Both the position numbers and the translations under genes were made by a program. Positions 29,273-39,334 of a stretch of DNA of 64,000 bases are shown here, piece by piece (the stretch's first letter is position 1; each line of letters opens with the position of its first letter). The DNA comes from Candidatus Kerfeldbacteria bacterium. GTDB lineage: Bacteria; Patescibacteriota; Patescibacteriia; UBA10025; JAHIVO01. The stretch covers positions 841,041 to 905,040 of the forward strand of contig CP181398.1 in the NCBI GenBank assembly GCA_047946875.1, in the 5' to 3' direction. Under the pieces are notes generated by a model. The model ran no database searches. It saw only the letters and a program-made list of their open reading frames with translations, and was not told where the DNA came from.

Positions 29273-30502
29273 TCAACCAATCATTACTAATTCCGGCTTT
29301 ATCATTAACAATATACCAATAATAAATATTATTACTCCTCCAATCAAAGTAGCATAACGACTATATTTACCTGTCGTACCCACTGCTTTCAATGTAATCA
29401 TAGCAATAGCAAAAATTATCATATCATCAAGCATAAATATAAATATGTAAAGCAAGAGATATCCATAATATTGCAAGCCAGTTAAATCATTCAAGGCAAT
29501 TACTTGAGTAAAAATAGCCGGTAACCCCGCGGAACATGCCAACTCAATTAAATTAACCACAAAAGCTAAACCTATAATTCCCGCCAAGGCCAACCAAATA
29601 CCACGTTCATGTACAATTTGTCTTAGCTTATCCGTAATTTTTCTTTTTTGTTCAGGATTAGTAACTTCACATTCACCAGGTCTAGATTTCCAAAAACGAC
29701 GCAAATAAAATACTCCAACTCCGGCCGCGAATATTCCAACCAATACTTGCACCCACCTGACAATACCAATGAATTTAAAAAAATTAAACCAAGCGGCTAA
29801 AAAAATAAAATAAACAAATGCCGAAGCAGCAATAAAACTTAATCCAAGAATCCACATTCGCCGACGATCTTTCATTCCAAGCAACATTGATATCAATATA
29901 AGTAAAACCCACATTGCGCATGGATTAAAACCATCAACAGCCGCCAAAACAACTGTTAATCCTAATAAAGAATATTGACCAATGTCAACAGATCCTAATA
30001 TAGGGATATGGATAATATTACTTTCAATTAATTCTACTTGAGTTTCTGATTCTTCTGCAACTTTTTCAAATTCTATCTCTCCGCTGATAATTTTTTTACC
30101 AACATCTTCACAATCATTAACTAAGCAATGATTAATTAGATTTCTCATTTCCTGACCAGAAATTTCATCAGTGCTCCAACCTACAAAAAATTGTTCTCCA
30201 ATAAACGTAGCCGGTATACCTGTTAATTGATAACCAGTTATAGAATTAAATTTACCAAATAATTCTGATTCTTCTGTTACTTCATATTGGTTAAACACTA
30301 CATTATCATATTCAAATTCAATTTCAATTTCGGATATAAATTGACTTTCTGCCCTGCAATGTGGACAAGATTCACTATAAAAAAAATAAATATTAACTGG
30401 ATTAGTAGTTACTTCTTGAGTTTGAGCCTGACTTATTGCCGGCAAAACAAAAAAAATACTTACTAAGATTGGTACAAAAATTTTCTTAACGGTAATATTC
30501 AT
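29273..30502 (-). CDS. Fused periplasmic thioredoxin (CPHC) + CcdA/DsbD-like membrane electron-transfer domain
   Basis: Signal peptide. YSESCPHCRAES thioredoxin motif. C-terminal 6-TM region with CcdA-type Cys (FNPCAMWVLL, ELACSAGLPA). Confidence 0.6.
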   Translation of the reverse strand: MNITVKKIFVPILVSIFFVLPAISQAQTQEVTTNPVNIYFFYSESCPHCRAESQFISEIEIEFEYDNVVFNQYEVTEESELFGKFNSITGYQLTGIPATFIGEQFFVGWSTDEISGQEMRNLINHCLVNDCEDVGKKIISGEIEFEKVAEESETQVELIESNIIHIPILGSVDIGQYSLLGLTVVLAAVDGFNPCAMWVLLILISMLLGMKDRRRMWILGLSFIAASAFVYFIFLAAWFNFFKFIGIVRWVQVLVGIFAAGVGVFYLRRFWKSRPGECEVTNPEQKRKITDKLRQIVHERGIWLALAGIIGLAFVVNLIELACSAGLPAIFTQVIALNDLTGLQYYGYLLLYIFIFMLDDMIIFAIAMITLKAVGTTGKYSRYATLIGGVIIFIIGILLMIKPELVMIG

Positions 30503-30566
30503 TATTTTTTCTCAATTATTATAGCTAACTTTAGCTACATATCAATTTAAATTATATCTTATATTA

Positions 30567-31082
30567 TTATAAAGGTAAAATTATAAAAGCATTATTAAAC
30601 CTATTAATATAATTAAATAAGCCTATTACTGATACAATTTCTACCATTTGTGGTTCTGATAATTTCTTTTTTAATTTATCCATTATTTTAGGCTGATCCA
30701 GATGCCCATCAGAAGTGATATCTACAACCAAAGCTAATATCTCCTTTTCCTCTTCAGGTAAATCTTTTATTTTTTTAATTTTTTTTAACAAATCATCATC
30801 AGCTCCTAATTTTTTTAGCATATTTATTGTTACACTAACACAAAACTCACATTTTAATGTTTCGGATACTACATAGGCAATTTTCCATTTTAGATAGGGA
30901 TCAATTTCACCATCTCCCATAATAGTTTTGAAAAGCTCTGTAAACTCTTTGAGAATCTCAGGACGATGAGCCATAACCTTAACCCATTCAGGAATATTCC
31001 CCGACTGTTCTTTAAAGCTCTCATAGATTTTTTTACTTATGTCGTTTGTTTGACTTTCTTCAACTTCTTTTATAATTGCCAT
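30567..31082 (-). CDS. Carboxymuconolactone decarboxylase/AhpD-like family protein
   Basis: CMD-family core with CEFCVSV (CxxC) in a helical protein of 171 aa. Confidence 0.5.
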   Translation of the reverse strand: MAIIKEVEESQTNDISKKIYESFKEQSGNIPEWVKVMAHRPEILKEFTELFKTIMGDGEIDPYLKWKIAYVVSETLKCEFCVSVTINMLKKLGADDDLLKKIKKIKDLPEEEKEILALVVDITSDGHLDQPKIMDKLKKKLSEPQMVEIVSVIGLFNYINRFNNAFIILPL

Positions 31083-31093
31083 TTTATTTTATA

Positions 31094-31834
31094 TTAATTA
31101 TTTATTAACTTTACTAAAAACATAAGAACTATACCTAATATAAATATTCCGAAAGAACTCATGGATCTTTTTAAATTAGGCTCTTTTCTTATTTCTGGCA
31201 TCAGATCAGAAGCCGCTATATATATAAATCCTCCGGCCGCAAAAGGCAAAAGATAAGGAATAATACTACTAAGAAAGAAAGATATAAAATAACCAACTAC
31301 TCCTCCCAGAACAACGGTTAAAGCAACTAAATAATTGATAATTAATGCTTTTTTCTTTTTAAATCCAGCATGTATTAACACTCCAAAATCTCCAATCTCT
31401 TGAGGAACTTCATGTAAAGCTATAGCCAAAGTAGTTGCTATTCCTAATTTTACATCAATCAAAAAAGCGCTTGCTATAACCAGCCCATCAATAAAATTAT
31501 GGACTGCATCACCAAATAAATTCATATACCCAAAAGTATGAATTTTACAATTTTCTTTATGACAATGACGCCAAAATAATAATTTTTCCATCAAAAAAAA
31601 GAAAAGAAAAGCAACTAATACTATTAAAAACATTTTTTCAGGATCAATCTTTTTTGATGCTTCTGGCAATAAATGGATAAAAGCTCCACCCATCAAAGCG
31701 CCGGCCGAAAGTGATACTAAGAATATTGTAATTTTAGATAGAAATTCTTTTTTAAAATATAAAAATAATACAGCAAACCAGACTGATAAACTAATTAGAA
31801 AGGTAGCTATTAAAATATTTATTAAAACACTCAT
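31094..31834 (-). CDS. ZIP-family metal transporter (second ZupT-like paralog)
   Basis: HNFIDGL and HEVPQEIGDFGVL motifs. 8 TM. Confidence 0.8.
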   Translation of the reverse strand: MSVLINILIATFLISLSVWFAVLFLYFKKEFLSKITIFLVSLSAGALMGGAFIHLLPEASKKIDPEKMFLIVLVAFLFFFLMEKLLFWRHCHKENCKIHTFGYMNLFGDAVHNFIDGLVIASAFLIDVKLGIATTLAIALHEVPQEIGDFGVLIHAGFKKKKALIINYLVALTVVLGGVVGYFISFFLSSIIPYLLPFAAGGFIYIAASDLMPEIRKEPNLKRSMSSFGIFILGIVLMFLVKLINN

Positions 31835-31843
31835 TTTTTTTAT

Positions 31844-32119
31844 TTATTTTTCAATCAAAATTGCTTTACCACTAATTAAAGCATAACCAACTTTATAGTT
31901 AGCTGAAATTAAGATTCTTTGAAATGTACTTTGAGAAGTATTCATCTCTTTGGCGCATTTCACTTGTTCTAATCCTTTAACATTTTTCAAACGTAAAGAC
32001 TCAGCCTCTTCTTTGCTTAATTCGATAATTTCTAACTCACGCATCGGTACACCACTTGGCTTGAAGTATGTTATTTTTGGATTATGTTGTATTCTACGAC
32101 ACAATCGTGGTCTTGGCAT
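31844..32119 (-). CDS. DUF134-family predicted DNA-binding protein
   Basis: MPRPRLCRRI...YFKPSGVP...LSKEEAESLRLKNVKGLEQVKCAKEMNTSQSTFQRIL...SGKAILI matches the DUF134 (UPF0251) pattern. Confidence 0.6.
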   Translation of the reverse strand: MPRPRLCRRIQHNPKITYFKPSGVPMRELEIIELSKEEAESLRLKNVKGLEQVKCAKEMNTSQSTFQRILISANYKVGYALISGKAILIEK

Positions 32120-32227
32120 AAGATAATATAATTTAATAATTATTCAAAATAGAGTTAAATTATTTTTGTAACTCCATTTTGAATTACTATGAAGAGTCTA
32201 AAGTTGTTTGGCAACATTTAAAATTTA

Positions 32228-32419
32228 TTAATTATTACCTTTACCAACTCCACGTCCTGGACCTCTTCCTAAACCTCGTCCTCTACCTTGACCTCGCCCC
32301 ATTCCTTGTCCACGACCATCAAACGGCCTTTGTTGCGGTTTAGCATCAGTACATTTTCCCATTTGTCCACCTGTTTTTGCACCTTTACCTGCAGGACCTG
32401 TTTTATCTTGATTTGGCAT
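32228..32419 (-). CDS. DUF5320-like Gly/Arg-rich small protein
   Basis: MPNQDKTGPAGKGAKTGGQMGKC then GRGQG repeats. Small proteins of this type (MPRGDGTGPMG...C) are frequent neighbours of DUF134 genes. Confidence 0.45.
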   Translation of the reverse strand: MPNQDKTGPAGKGAKTGGQMGKCTDAKPQQRPFDGRGQGMGRGQGRGRGLGRGPGRGVGKGNN

Positions 32420-32661
32420 ATTATTATTCCTTTCTTATTATATTAATATTTCGACCTTTTGGGTTATCCACAGTTATGAATATATACCCATAATTAATTA
32501 TACCCCCTTAAATTGCTTTGTCAATAGAAATAACCATGGGTTAATTCCCCTACTAAACATTATAACTAATCCTCTCTTCTTTTAATCATGAGAAAAGCCA
32601 TATCTTGCATTTTAAATAATATATGATAAACTAGTTTGTTAAGTTAATCTCAGTAAATAAC

Positions 32662-32690
32662 TGGACAAATGTACTAAAATGTGATATAAT
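32662..32690 (+). promoter_or_regulatory. Sigma-70-like promoter for the 32740-37830 operon
   Basis: TGGACA - 17 nt - TATAAT located ~50 nt upstream of the first ORF. Confidence 0.45.
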
Positions 32691-32739
32691 ACATTTATAA
32701 CCGATTAAATTCGGCATTTAATGAATTAATAAAAAAAAT

Positions 32740-33060
32740 ATGGAAGATGAATTATTAAATAAAGACATTATTGAGATTTTAGGCTTGGAAAAAGTATCAG
32801 AAGATAAAAAAACACAGCTAAGAGAAAAAATGGCAAAAGTGTTGCAAAATCGTATTGCAAATAGACTAGATGACGAATTTACAGAAAACCAAAAGCAAGA
32901 ATTTAATACTATTAGTGAAGCTGGTGATGAAAATAAAATCACTGCTTTTTTAGATGCAAATGTTAAAAATATGGAGCAACTAGTCATGGAGGAAACTTTA
33001 AGATACAAACATGAAATGGCTGACCAAGCAGAAGATCTTAAAAAAATGATTCAATCTTAA
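32740..33060 (+). CDS. Small acidic coiled-coil protein (hypothetical)
   Basis: 106-aa ORF, first of three co-oriented genes. Predicted all-helical. Confidence 0.45.
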   Translation: MEDELLNKDIIEILGLEKVSEDKKTQLREKMAKVLQNRIANRLDDEFTENQKQEFNTISEAGDENKITAFLDANVKNMEQLVMEETLRYKHEMADQAEDLKKMIQS

Positions 33061-33064
33061 TAAT

Positions 33065-33244
33065 ATGACAAACCAACAAACTGACAATACTAAAAAAATT
33101 AAAGAAATGGTTGAAGCATATTCTGAGTTTAAAAAAACTATGGAAGTTTTGAGAACCGATCAAAGACATTTAATCAAAAAGTTTGTTGAAACAATGGATA
33201 AATCAAAAGCTGACGATATATTAAATAAAATTAAAAAATTATAA
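33065..33244 (+). CDS. Small coiled-coil protein (59 aa), not in ORF track
   Basis: MTNQQTDNTKKIKEMVEAYSEFKKTMEVLRTDQRHLIKKFVETMDKSKADDILNKIKKL. It fills the gap between the two flanking genes exactly. Confidence 0.4.
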   Translation: MTNQQTDNTKKIKEMVEAYSEFKKTMEVLRTDQRHLIKKFVETMDKSKADDILNKIKKL

Positions 33245-33246
33245 TT

Positions 33247-36200
33247 ATGACTACTCCAGAAAAAGACAAAGAGGGAAATAATAATAATGAAAGTGACACT
33301 CCAGCCACACCTGAACTTACCGAAACAGAAAAGAAGCTAGTAGATGCTCAAGCAGAGCTAAGTTTTGATGATGTAGAATCAACAACACCAGATGAAATTG
33401 CTGATAAGACTAAAGAAAAAGCAGCAGGTGATGTCGACAAAATTAAGAGTGATTTTACCGACGCCGGAATAAATATAACAGATGTTCCAGAAGCTGAAGC
33501 AGTCATTGAAAGTGCTACAGATGCAGAGACAACTCTGGGAAAAAAAGTAGATAAAATACAGAACAATACAGCTACACCCGAAACAGAAAAAACATACACA
33601 CCCAGAGAAATAGAAAACTTGGAAAATGGTAGCGATACAGCAGTAACTGGAGAACACCTAACCATAAATACAGCTAAAGACTCCTCTATTACCGTAGAAG
33701 ATGATGCCAAACTAACAATTAATGAAGGGAGAGATAATAAAATTACAACACATGGTAGTGGTACTGCTAATATAAAATCAGGATTGGATAACGAAGTAAT
33801 TGTCGCAGAACCAAAAGATGAGAAAGAAGAAGAACCTAAATATTCAGTTGGACAAGAAGTGAGTTTTAGAAATGAATCATTTGATAGATATGAACCAGGA
33901 ACAATCAAATCAGTCCGTATAGATGACACAGGGAAGAAAAAATATACAATACACAATCCAGAAAATGGAAGAGTATTCCCAACAGAATTAAATGAGGAAG
34001 ATTTTGAAACACCTAAAGAAGAAGAAATACAGGATAATACAACTACACCCGAAACCGAAGAAACTCCAGAAGGCGAAATGCCGGTAGAAATCAGAGAAGC
34101 CAAAGAAAAAAGAAAAGAAATATATTCTGCAATCGAAGTGGGTGAAGAATCCATTCAATTACTGGAAAATAGTGATCGTAAATCATGGCTAGCCAAAACT
34201 ATTTCAAAAATAAAGAAAGCAATTAATCCCAAAACTGGTAAATATAATATTAGAGAAAGATTTGACAGCTCTTCATTAACAGGTACCGCAAAAGCTGAAG
34301 AAGGAACAATATCTAAAGAAGAAGGAATTCCTTCAGATGATATGATATCAATCATATTAGAGCGAGCAGAAAAAATTAAAGAAAGTGCCGAATTACCAGC
34401 CAATGAGCTCAAAAAAGATTTAACAAAAAGAGGTCACTATAAAAAATTAGATGCCGCTGATTCAATCAAACAATTGGTAACAGAAAAGATTAAAGAACAA
34501 GAACAAGCATCAATTAGACATTTTAAACAAGACGGAACCCTGGCAGTAGGAATGAAAAAAAACGGAAAAGGATTTACAAAAAATCATAAAGAATCTTTGG
34601 CAGGAAAAATAGTAACTGACATTTCTAATGATGACTACGATATTAATGCAGAACTTAACCAGATGGTTAGTAATCTTGATAATACCGCAGCAATATTGAG
34701 TGACAATAGTGATACATATCATGATGCAAGATATAAAGAAAACCCCAAAATGAGTGATGAAGAATATCAGACAATGCAAGAAGAAAGAATAAACAGAGAA
34801 GCAATAATTGCTGCAGGAGATTATCGTGGGGGTGAAAATGCAAGCGCAACTCTTGATATAGACAGTGCTCGTGAAACTTTGAATGGTCGTCTAGAATTAG
34901 TTATACCAGGAATATCAGATGAAGAAGAAGAATTGGATAAAAAACCAACTCCAGAAAAACCTAAACCAGAAGACGAAGAAGAAAAACCAACTCCAGAAAA
35001 ACCTAAACCAGAAGACGAAGAAGAAATAACTCCTAAATCTGAAGATGATGATGAACCTAAACCAGAAGACGAGAAAGAAGAGGAAATAAACATCAAGGGA
35101 GCAACTGATAAATATGCTGAAATGATTTCTAGAGGTAGTAAATTCTTCAAAGGTAAAAATTACGATAAAGATCTAGATCAAGCAAGAGAAGAATATGAGA
35201 CTTCTTTAATGCATTATTTAGATAAAGAAGTTAAAGAAAAACTAGATGGTATTGATCCTTTTGATCCTGAAAATCCTGAACATCAACAAAAATTTGCGGA
35301 GATAAATGAAGCGGTCATGGACCAAAGAGAAGCGCTTGGAGAAGCTATTAAAGAAATACATGAATCAACTGCTGGCAGAAAGTTCAAAAACTGGTGGAGA
35401 AAAAGTGCTAAACTTAGAATGGTAGCTGGTCTTACTTTGACAGGTGGAGCTATTGTAGCCGGTGCAACTGGTGCTGGTTTACCAATCACTGCAGCTCTTC
35501 TAGCTGGTAGAGTCGCTCTGTCAGGCGTAGGCACTACCCTAGCAGTTGAGGGTGGCTATGAATACGCAAGAACCAAATATGGTAAAACTAAAGAACTTAC
35601 GAGTAAGGAAGTAGATAAAATGAGTTTATCTGAGCTTGAGGATGCTTATGCGGCTCATACCATTAACTCATCACTCAAAGGTTTAGACAGAGGGCAAGAA
35701 GCCAGTTTCTCTGGAGGAGTTAATACTGAAAAAACATTTATTAAACCTGATGACATGTCTGACGCTAATTGGGACATATTATCAGAAAAAGATAAAAAGA
35801 AAATAGAAGGCATCGAAAAAGAATATATTAAACCAAAGATACTTCTGGACGCTGATTGGGATAAGTTATCAGAAAATAATAAGATGTTGAACCCACTTAT
35901 ATCAAGAAATAGGATTATTAAAGAAAGAAAGGATATAAAAATGATCACTGACAGACTTATGGTGCTTAAGGCAGAACAGTTTAAGGCTGATCTAGATGTC
36001 AAAAAAGAGACAGGTGAATCAGACAGTGATATTGCATATGATGTTATCATGAACAGTATGGATACTTCTGAAAAGGATGCTGACAAAAAACTTGAAGGTA
36101 GAAATGCTGCAATATTAAAAAGTAATAAAAAGAAATGGACTATCGCAGTAGCTTCAGGATTAATCATGGCAAGTGTAATCGGGGTGAGAGGATTTAACAA

Positions 36201-37830
36201 CTTACCGGAAACACCAAAACCAACCACCGAAGATGTACCAGAAGCAACTCCTATACCAGAAGAGACTCCTATAGTTGAAGATGTACCAGAAGCAACTCCT
36301 ATACCAGAAGAGACTCCTATAGTTGAAGATGTACCAGAAGCTTTTGATGGTGCTGTAACTATTGAAAAGGGTGATAACTTATGGAACATAATTAAAGATC
36401 AAGTCAAAACCCAAATGGGTGAAGAAAAATGGGATGCTCTTGGCGAAGGACAACAAACTCATTTAATTGATCAATTCAAAGACACTGTAGCTGATAATCC
36501 TGGGGCGTTTGGACTAGAAAACCCAGATAATCTAGAAATTGGTCAGCAAATTGATCTATCCTCTCTTTATGAAAAAGGTAGCGAACTTGGTACAGCTCTT
36601 GAATCGTCAGCAACCCTTACAGAAAGTCAGTTAGAAAATATAACCGCCAATAATGATACATTGCAAGATTGGGTAACAGACAATCCAGGTAAAAGATTAA
36701 CAAGTGAATTGGTTAATGAAATTTTAAGTGATGATACAGTTGACTCCGACATAGGAGCTGCTTCTGAAGCAGTAGATGGTGCAGCTGCTACAGCTGAAAC
36801 TGCTACTGAAACTTCTGCAGAAGGTGCAGCTAAAAATATAACTAATAGTACCTCAACTACCGAGACAATGACAGATGTTGCTGATACTTCAGAAGCTTCT
36901 GAAGTTGCAGATGGTGGGGATGAGACTGTTACAGAAACAGCACCTGAAGCTGTAGAACAGGCAAAAGAGTTACTGCCAGTGAATGAAAATTGGAAAGAAT
37001 TGAAAAAACTTAGAGAATCTACAAAATACCTAACTAGTAGAACGTTAGACAGAGTGACTGATATGAAAGTACAAGACTTTGTTAAAGGTGAAATACTGGG
37101 TTCGGATGGAAATCCAGTAGACCTCCAAGATCATTTATCCAAAATGGAGGGCTTCAATAATAATGAAGCGAAAAGTTTTGTAAAAAACATGAAGAGTTTC
37201 ATTGAGCATGTTGGCAAAGAAGTTGGTAATGTTGATAGGAACTGGACTGTAGGTGAATTTAGTCAGAAAACTGGATTAATAGGTCCTGATGGTCCAATCG
37301 CATCCCCTTCAATCGGTAGTGGTCTAGATCGATTCCAAGAAGCAGGTGAACAAGCAACAGAATCATTTAAAGACAAATTAACATCTGCCGACGCCTCATT
37401 AGGTGAAGCTCCGACTGATCAACTAGCCGAATTACAAGCCAGTAACGCTGATACGGTAGCTCAATCACAAAAAGTCTCTGCAAACGTTAACGAAGTGCTT
37501 AATACTAAAATCCCAGTTGAAGCTGATATGAAAGATTATTTATCAATCCAAGAAGCAACAAATAGTATTGATGAAAAAACTATGGAATATCTGACCGACC
37601 ATCTAACATTAGATGATATTATAAAAAACAAAGAAGCCGTATTTAAAGGCGATACCATTAATGTTAAAGAAATACTTTCAAGATTTGAAGGTATGAATGA
37701 TAAGCAGGCAAAAGGGCTAATAAGTGGAGTGAAGGGATTATATAAGCAACTCACCGGGCAAGGTTATCCTATCAACACGAATATGACCTTAGGAGAGTTT
37801 AGTAGCAAGATAGATATAATAGAAAAATAA
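33247..37830 (+). CDS. Giant (1527 aa) acidic repeat-containing surface/membrane protein with LysM-like segment
   Basis: Highly acidic low-complexity protein. Two predicted TM regions (MVAGLTLTGGAIVAGATGAGLPITAALLAGRVALSGVG and WTIAVASGLIMASVIGV). Tandem peptide repeats. LysM-like motif VTIEKGDNLWNIIKDQ...NPDNLEIGQQIDL. Intrinsic terminator at 37846-37874. Confidence 0.7.
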   Translation: MTTPEKDKEGNNNNESDTPATPELTETEKKLVDAQAELSFDDVESTTPDEIADKTKEKAAGDVDKIKSDFTDAGINITDVPEAEAVIESATDAETTLGKKVDKIQNNTATPETEKTYTPREIENLENGSDTAVTGEHLTINTAKDSSITVEDDAKLTINEGRDNKITTHGSGTANIKSGLDNEVIVAEPKDEKEEEPKYSVGQEVSFRNESFDRYEPGTIKSVRIDDTGKKKYTIHNPENGRVFPTELNEEDFETPKEEEIQDNTTTPETEETPEGEMPVEIREAKEKRKEIYSAIEVGEESIQLLENSDRKSWLAKTISKIKKAINPKTGKYNIRERFDSSSLTGTAKAEEGTISKEEGIPSDDMISIILERAEKIKESAELPANELKKDLTKRGHYKKLDAADSIKQLVTEKIKEQEQASIRHFKQDGTLAVGMKKNGKGFTKNHKESLAGKIVTDISNDDYDINAELNQMVSNLDNTAAILSDNSDTYHDARYKENPKMSDEEYQTMQEERINREAIIAAGDYRGGENASATLDIDSARETLNGRLELVIPGISDEEEELDKKPTPEKPKPEDEEEKPTPEKPKPEDEEEITPKSEDDDEPKPEDEKEEEINIKGATDKYAEMISRGSKFFKGKNYDKDLDQAREEYETSLMHYLDKEVKEKLDGIDPFDPENPEHQQKFAEINEAVMDQREALGEAIKEIHESTAGRKFKNWWRKSAKLRMVAGLTLTGGAIVAGATGAGLPITAALLAGRVALSGVGTTLAVEGGYEYARTKYGKTKELTSKEVDKMSLSELEDAYAAHTINSSLKGLDRGQEASFSGGVNTEKTFIKPDDMSDANWDILSEKDKKKIEGIEKEYIKPKILLDADWDKLSENNKMLNPLISRNRIIKERKDIKMITDRLMVLKAEQFKADLDVKKETGESDSDIAYDVIMNSMDTSEKDADKKLEGRNAAILKSNKKKWTIAVASGLIMASVIGVRGFNNLPETPKPTTEDVPEATPIPEETPIVEDVPEATPIPEETPIVEDVPEAFDGAVTIEKGDNLWNIIKDQVKTQMGEEKWDALGEGQQTHLIDQFKDTVADNPGAFGLENPDNLEIGQQIDLSSLYEKGSELGTALESSATLTESQLENITANNDTLQDWVTDNPGKRLTSELVNEILSDDTVDSDIGAASEAVDGAAATAETATETSAEGAAKNITNSTSTTETMTDVADTSEASEVADGGDETVTETAPEAVEQAKELLPVNENWKELKKLRESTKYLTSRTLDRVTDMKVQDFVKGEILGSDGNPVDLQDHLSKMEGFNNNEAKSFVKNMKSFIEHVGKEVGNVDRNWTVGEFSQKTGLIGPDGPIASPSIGSGLDRFQEAGEQATESFKDKLTSADASLGEAPTDQLAELQASNADTVAQSQKVSANVNEVLNTKIPVEADMKDYLSIQEATNSIDEKTMEYLTDHLTLDDIIKNKEAVFKGDTINVKEILSRFEGMNDKQAKGLISGVKGLYKQLTGQGYPINTNMTLGEFSSKIDIIEK
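34942..35025 (+). repeat. Tandem 42-bp coding repeat x2 (KPTPEKPKPEDEEE) plus a degenerate third unit
   Basis: aaaccaactccagaaaaacctaaaccagaagacgaagaagaa repeated perfectly at 34942-34983 and 34984-35025. Confidence 0.8.
36229..36341 (+). repeat. Tandem 48-bp coding repeat x2.3 (EDVPEATPIPEETPIV)
   Basis: gaagatgtaccagaagcaactcctataccagaagagactcctatagtt at 36229-36276 and 36277-36324, with a partial third copy. Confidence 0.8.
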
Positions 37831-37892
37831 ATTTAAATACAAAAAGGTCTCCAGTAAACAAGGAGACTTTTTTGGTATCTAAAAACTATCAT

Positions 37893-38471
37893 CTAATAGA
37901 AATATAATCCTTTTTTCTTTAACTCCTTCCGTAACTCTTTATAATTTGAAATTGTTTGTGATACTAAATTCCAAAATCTATATGAATGGTTCATTTCTTT
38001 TAGATGGCAAATTTCGTGAGTTATAACATATTCAGCGATATGAACAGGTAAAAATAGTAATTTATAATTAAAATTTAGATTACCATTTTGAGAGCAGCTC
38101 CCCCATCTTGTAGTTTGATTTCTAATACTAATCCTATTGTAATTATAGTTATAGTGTTTATTTATATCTCTTGTTTTTGTCTCAATAAAGTTTCGTGCCT
38201 CTTCCTTATATTTTTGATAATCCACTTTACTGTTTTTAATACTTTTTGTACCCTTAAATTGTTTGAAATATTCAATCTTAATTAATATCCATCCAGCCTT
38301 ATCACGTAAAAAAGAATTTACAAACATTGATGGCAGTCCATATGGTTTAGTAATAACTAAAGAACCGTCAGGATGTACTGACATCCGAAGTCTCTTAGAG
38401 CGTTTACTAATTTTTAGAGTATAATCAATCTCTTGATCATTAATAATTATTTGTTTATTCATTATTAACAA
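37893..38471 (-). CDS. YgjP/DUF45-family metal-dependent hydrolase (M48-like, HExxH)
   Basis: WGSCS...HEICHL zinc-binding signature typical of the DUF45/YgjP family. Confidence 0.6.
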   Translation of the reverse strand: MLIMNKQIIINDQEIDYTLKISKRSKRLRMSVHPDGSLVITKPYGLPSMFVNSFLRDKAGWILIKIEYFKQFKGTKSIKNSKVDYQKYKEEARNFIETKTRDINKHYNYNYNRISIRNQTTRWGSCSQNGNLNFNYKLLFLPVHIAEYVITHEICHLKEMNHSYRFWNLVSQTISNYKELRKELKKKGLYFY

Positions 38472-38512
38472 TTATAGCAAAAAATTAAGTATTTTATAAG
38501 CCATGAAGTTAG

Positions 38513-39001
38513 TTATCGCCTTTTTTTGACCATTTCCAATATTTTTTTTGTCTGGGGAAAAATAAGATTATTCATTTCCATAACATTCTCAACCTTGATC
38601 CATTCCGGTTTTTCTGCGTACTCTTTCTCAAATTTATCAACATTATTATTATTCACTTCACCTTGTTCAAATCGACAAATAAAAAACATCAAAATTGCAT
38701 GGACAGGCTTATTTTCATATGGAACTAAAAAAAAGGAATCATCACATTCAACTATTTCCGAACTAACAATTTTCAAACCAGTCTCTTCTAAAATCTCTCG
38801 TGTTAATGCGTCAGATATTTTTTCGCTTATTTTGACACCTCCACCAGGAAGGCAATACTTATCCCTGTGTTTTATCATGAGAACTTCCTGATTATCATTT
38901 ATTAATACACCATAAACTGACGGTCTGAATGACAGCTTCTCCACTGAAAAGTATTGTTCTACTCCATTGAAATCAACACATTTAACTTTTTTTGTATCCA
39001 T
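38513..39001 (-). CDS. NUDIX hydrolase
   Basis: Nudix box GGGVKISEKISDALTREILEETGL. Confidence 0.7.
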   Translation of the reverse strand: MDTKKVKCVDFNGVEQYFSVEKLSFRPSVYGVLINDNQEVLMIKHRDKYCLPGGGVKISEKISDALTREILEETGLKIVSSEIVECDDSFFLVPYENKPVHAILMFFICRFEQGEVNNNNVDKFEKEYAEKPEWIKVENVMEMNNLIFPQTKKILEMVKKRR

Positions 39002-39334
39002 AATTTTTTTTGTTAATTATTTAAAATATCAAATCCCGTTATATCCTAAACAACGAGTTTTACCCTATCGATTACAAGCACTGTCTTACAACCTTTTGAT
39101 ACAGAAAAAATCCAACCTCCTTTAAAACTCAATTTAGTGATCTCGATAAAATTTTCTGATTATATACAAAATTCTTCATAGTTAGGTAATTTAAATATAA
39201 TTACTAACACCAATTTCAGATACTAAATATAAGATAGTAACTCCTTTAATTCTATCTTATTTATACCTATTTTTTCCTTTAAAATCAACAAAAAAAACGA
39301 TTTTTATCGTCTTTCACTGCACATAAGCATCCAG

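Noticed and set aside
32464-32472. Perfect DnaA box TTATCCACA
   Set aside because: It is a single isolated box with no cluster of additional boxes, no AT-rich unwinding element pattern and no dnaA or dnaN nearby. It is unlikely to mark oriC.
34942-36341. Regular tandem repeats as a possible CRISPR array
   Set aside because: The repeats are in-frame coding repeats inside a large ORF with no spacers of unique sequence. No cas genes are present.
33348-37754. Several long minus-strand ORFs (33348..34154, 34155..34412, 34821..35150, 35655..36389, 37536..37754) antisense to the giant plus-strand gene
   Set aside because: They are Ser/Leu-rich low-complexity translations of the complement of an acidic repeat gene. 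They have no RBS and no plausible domains.
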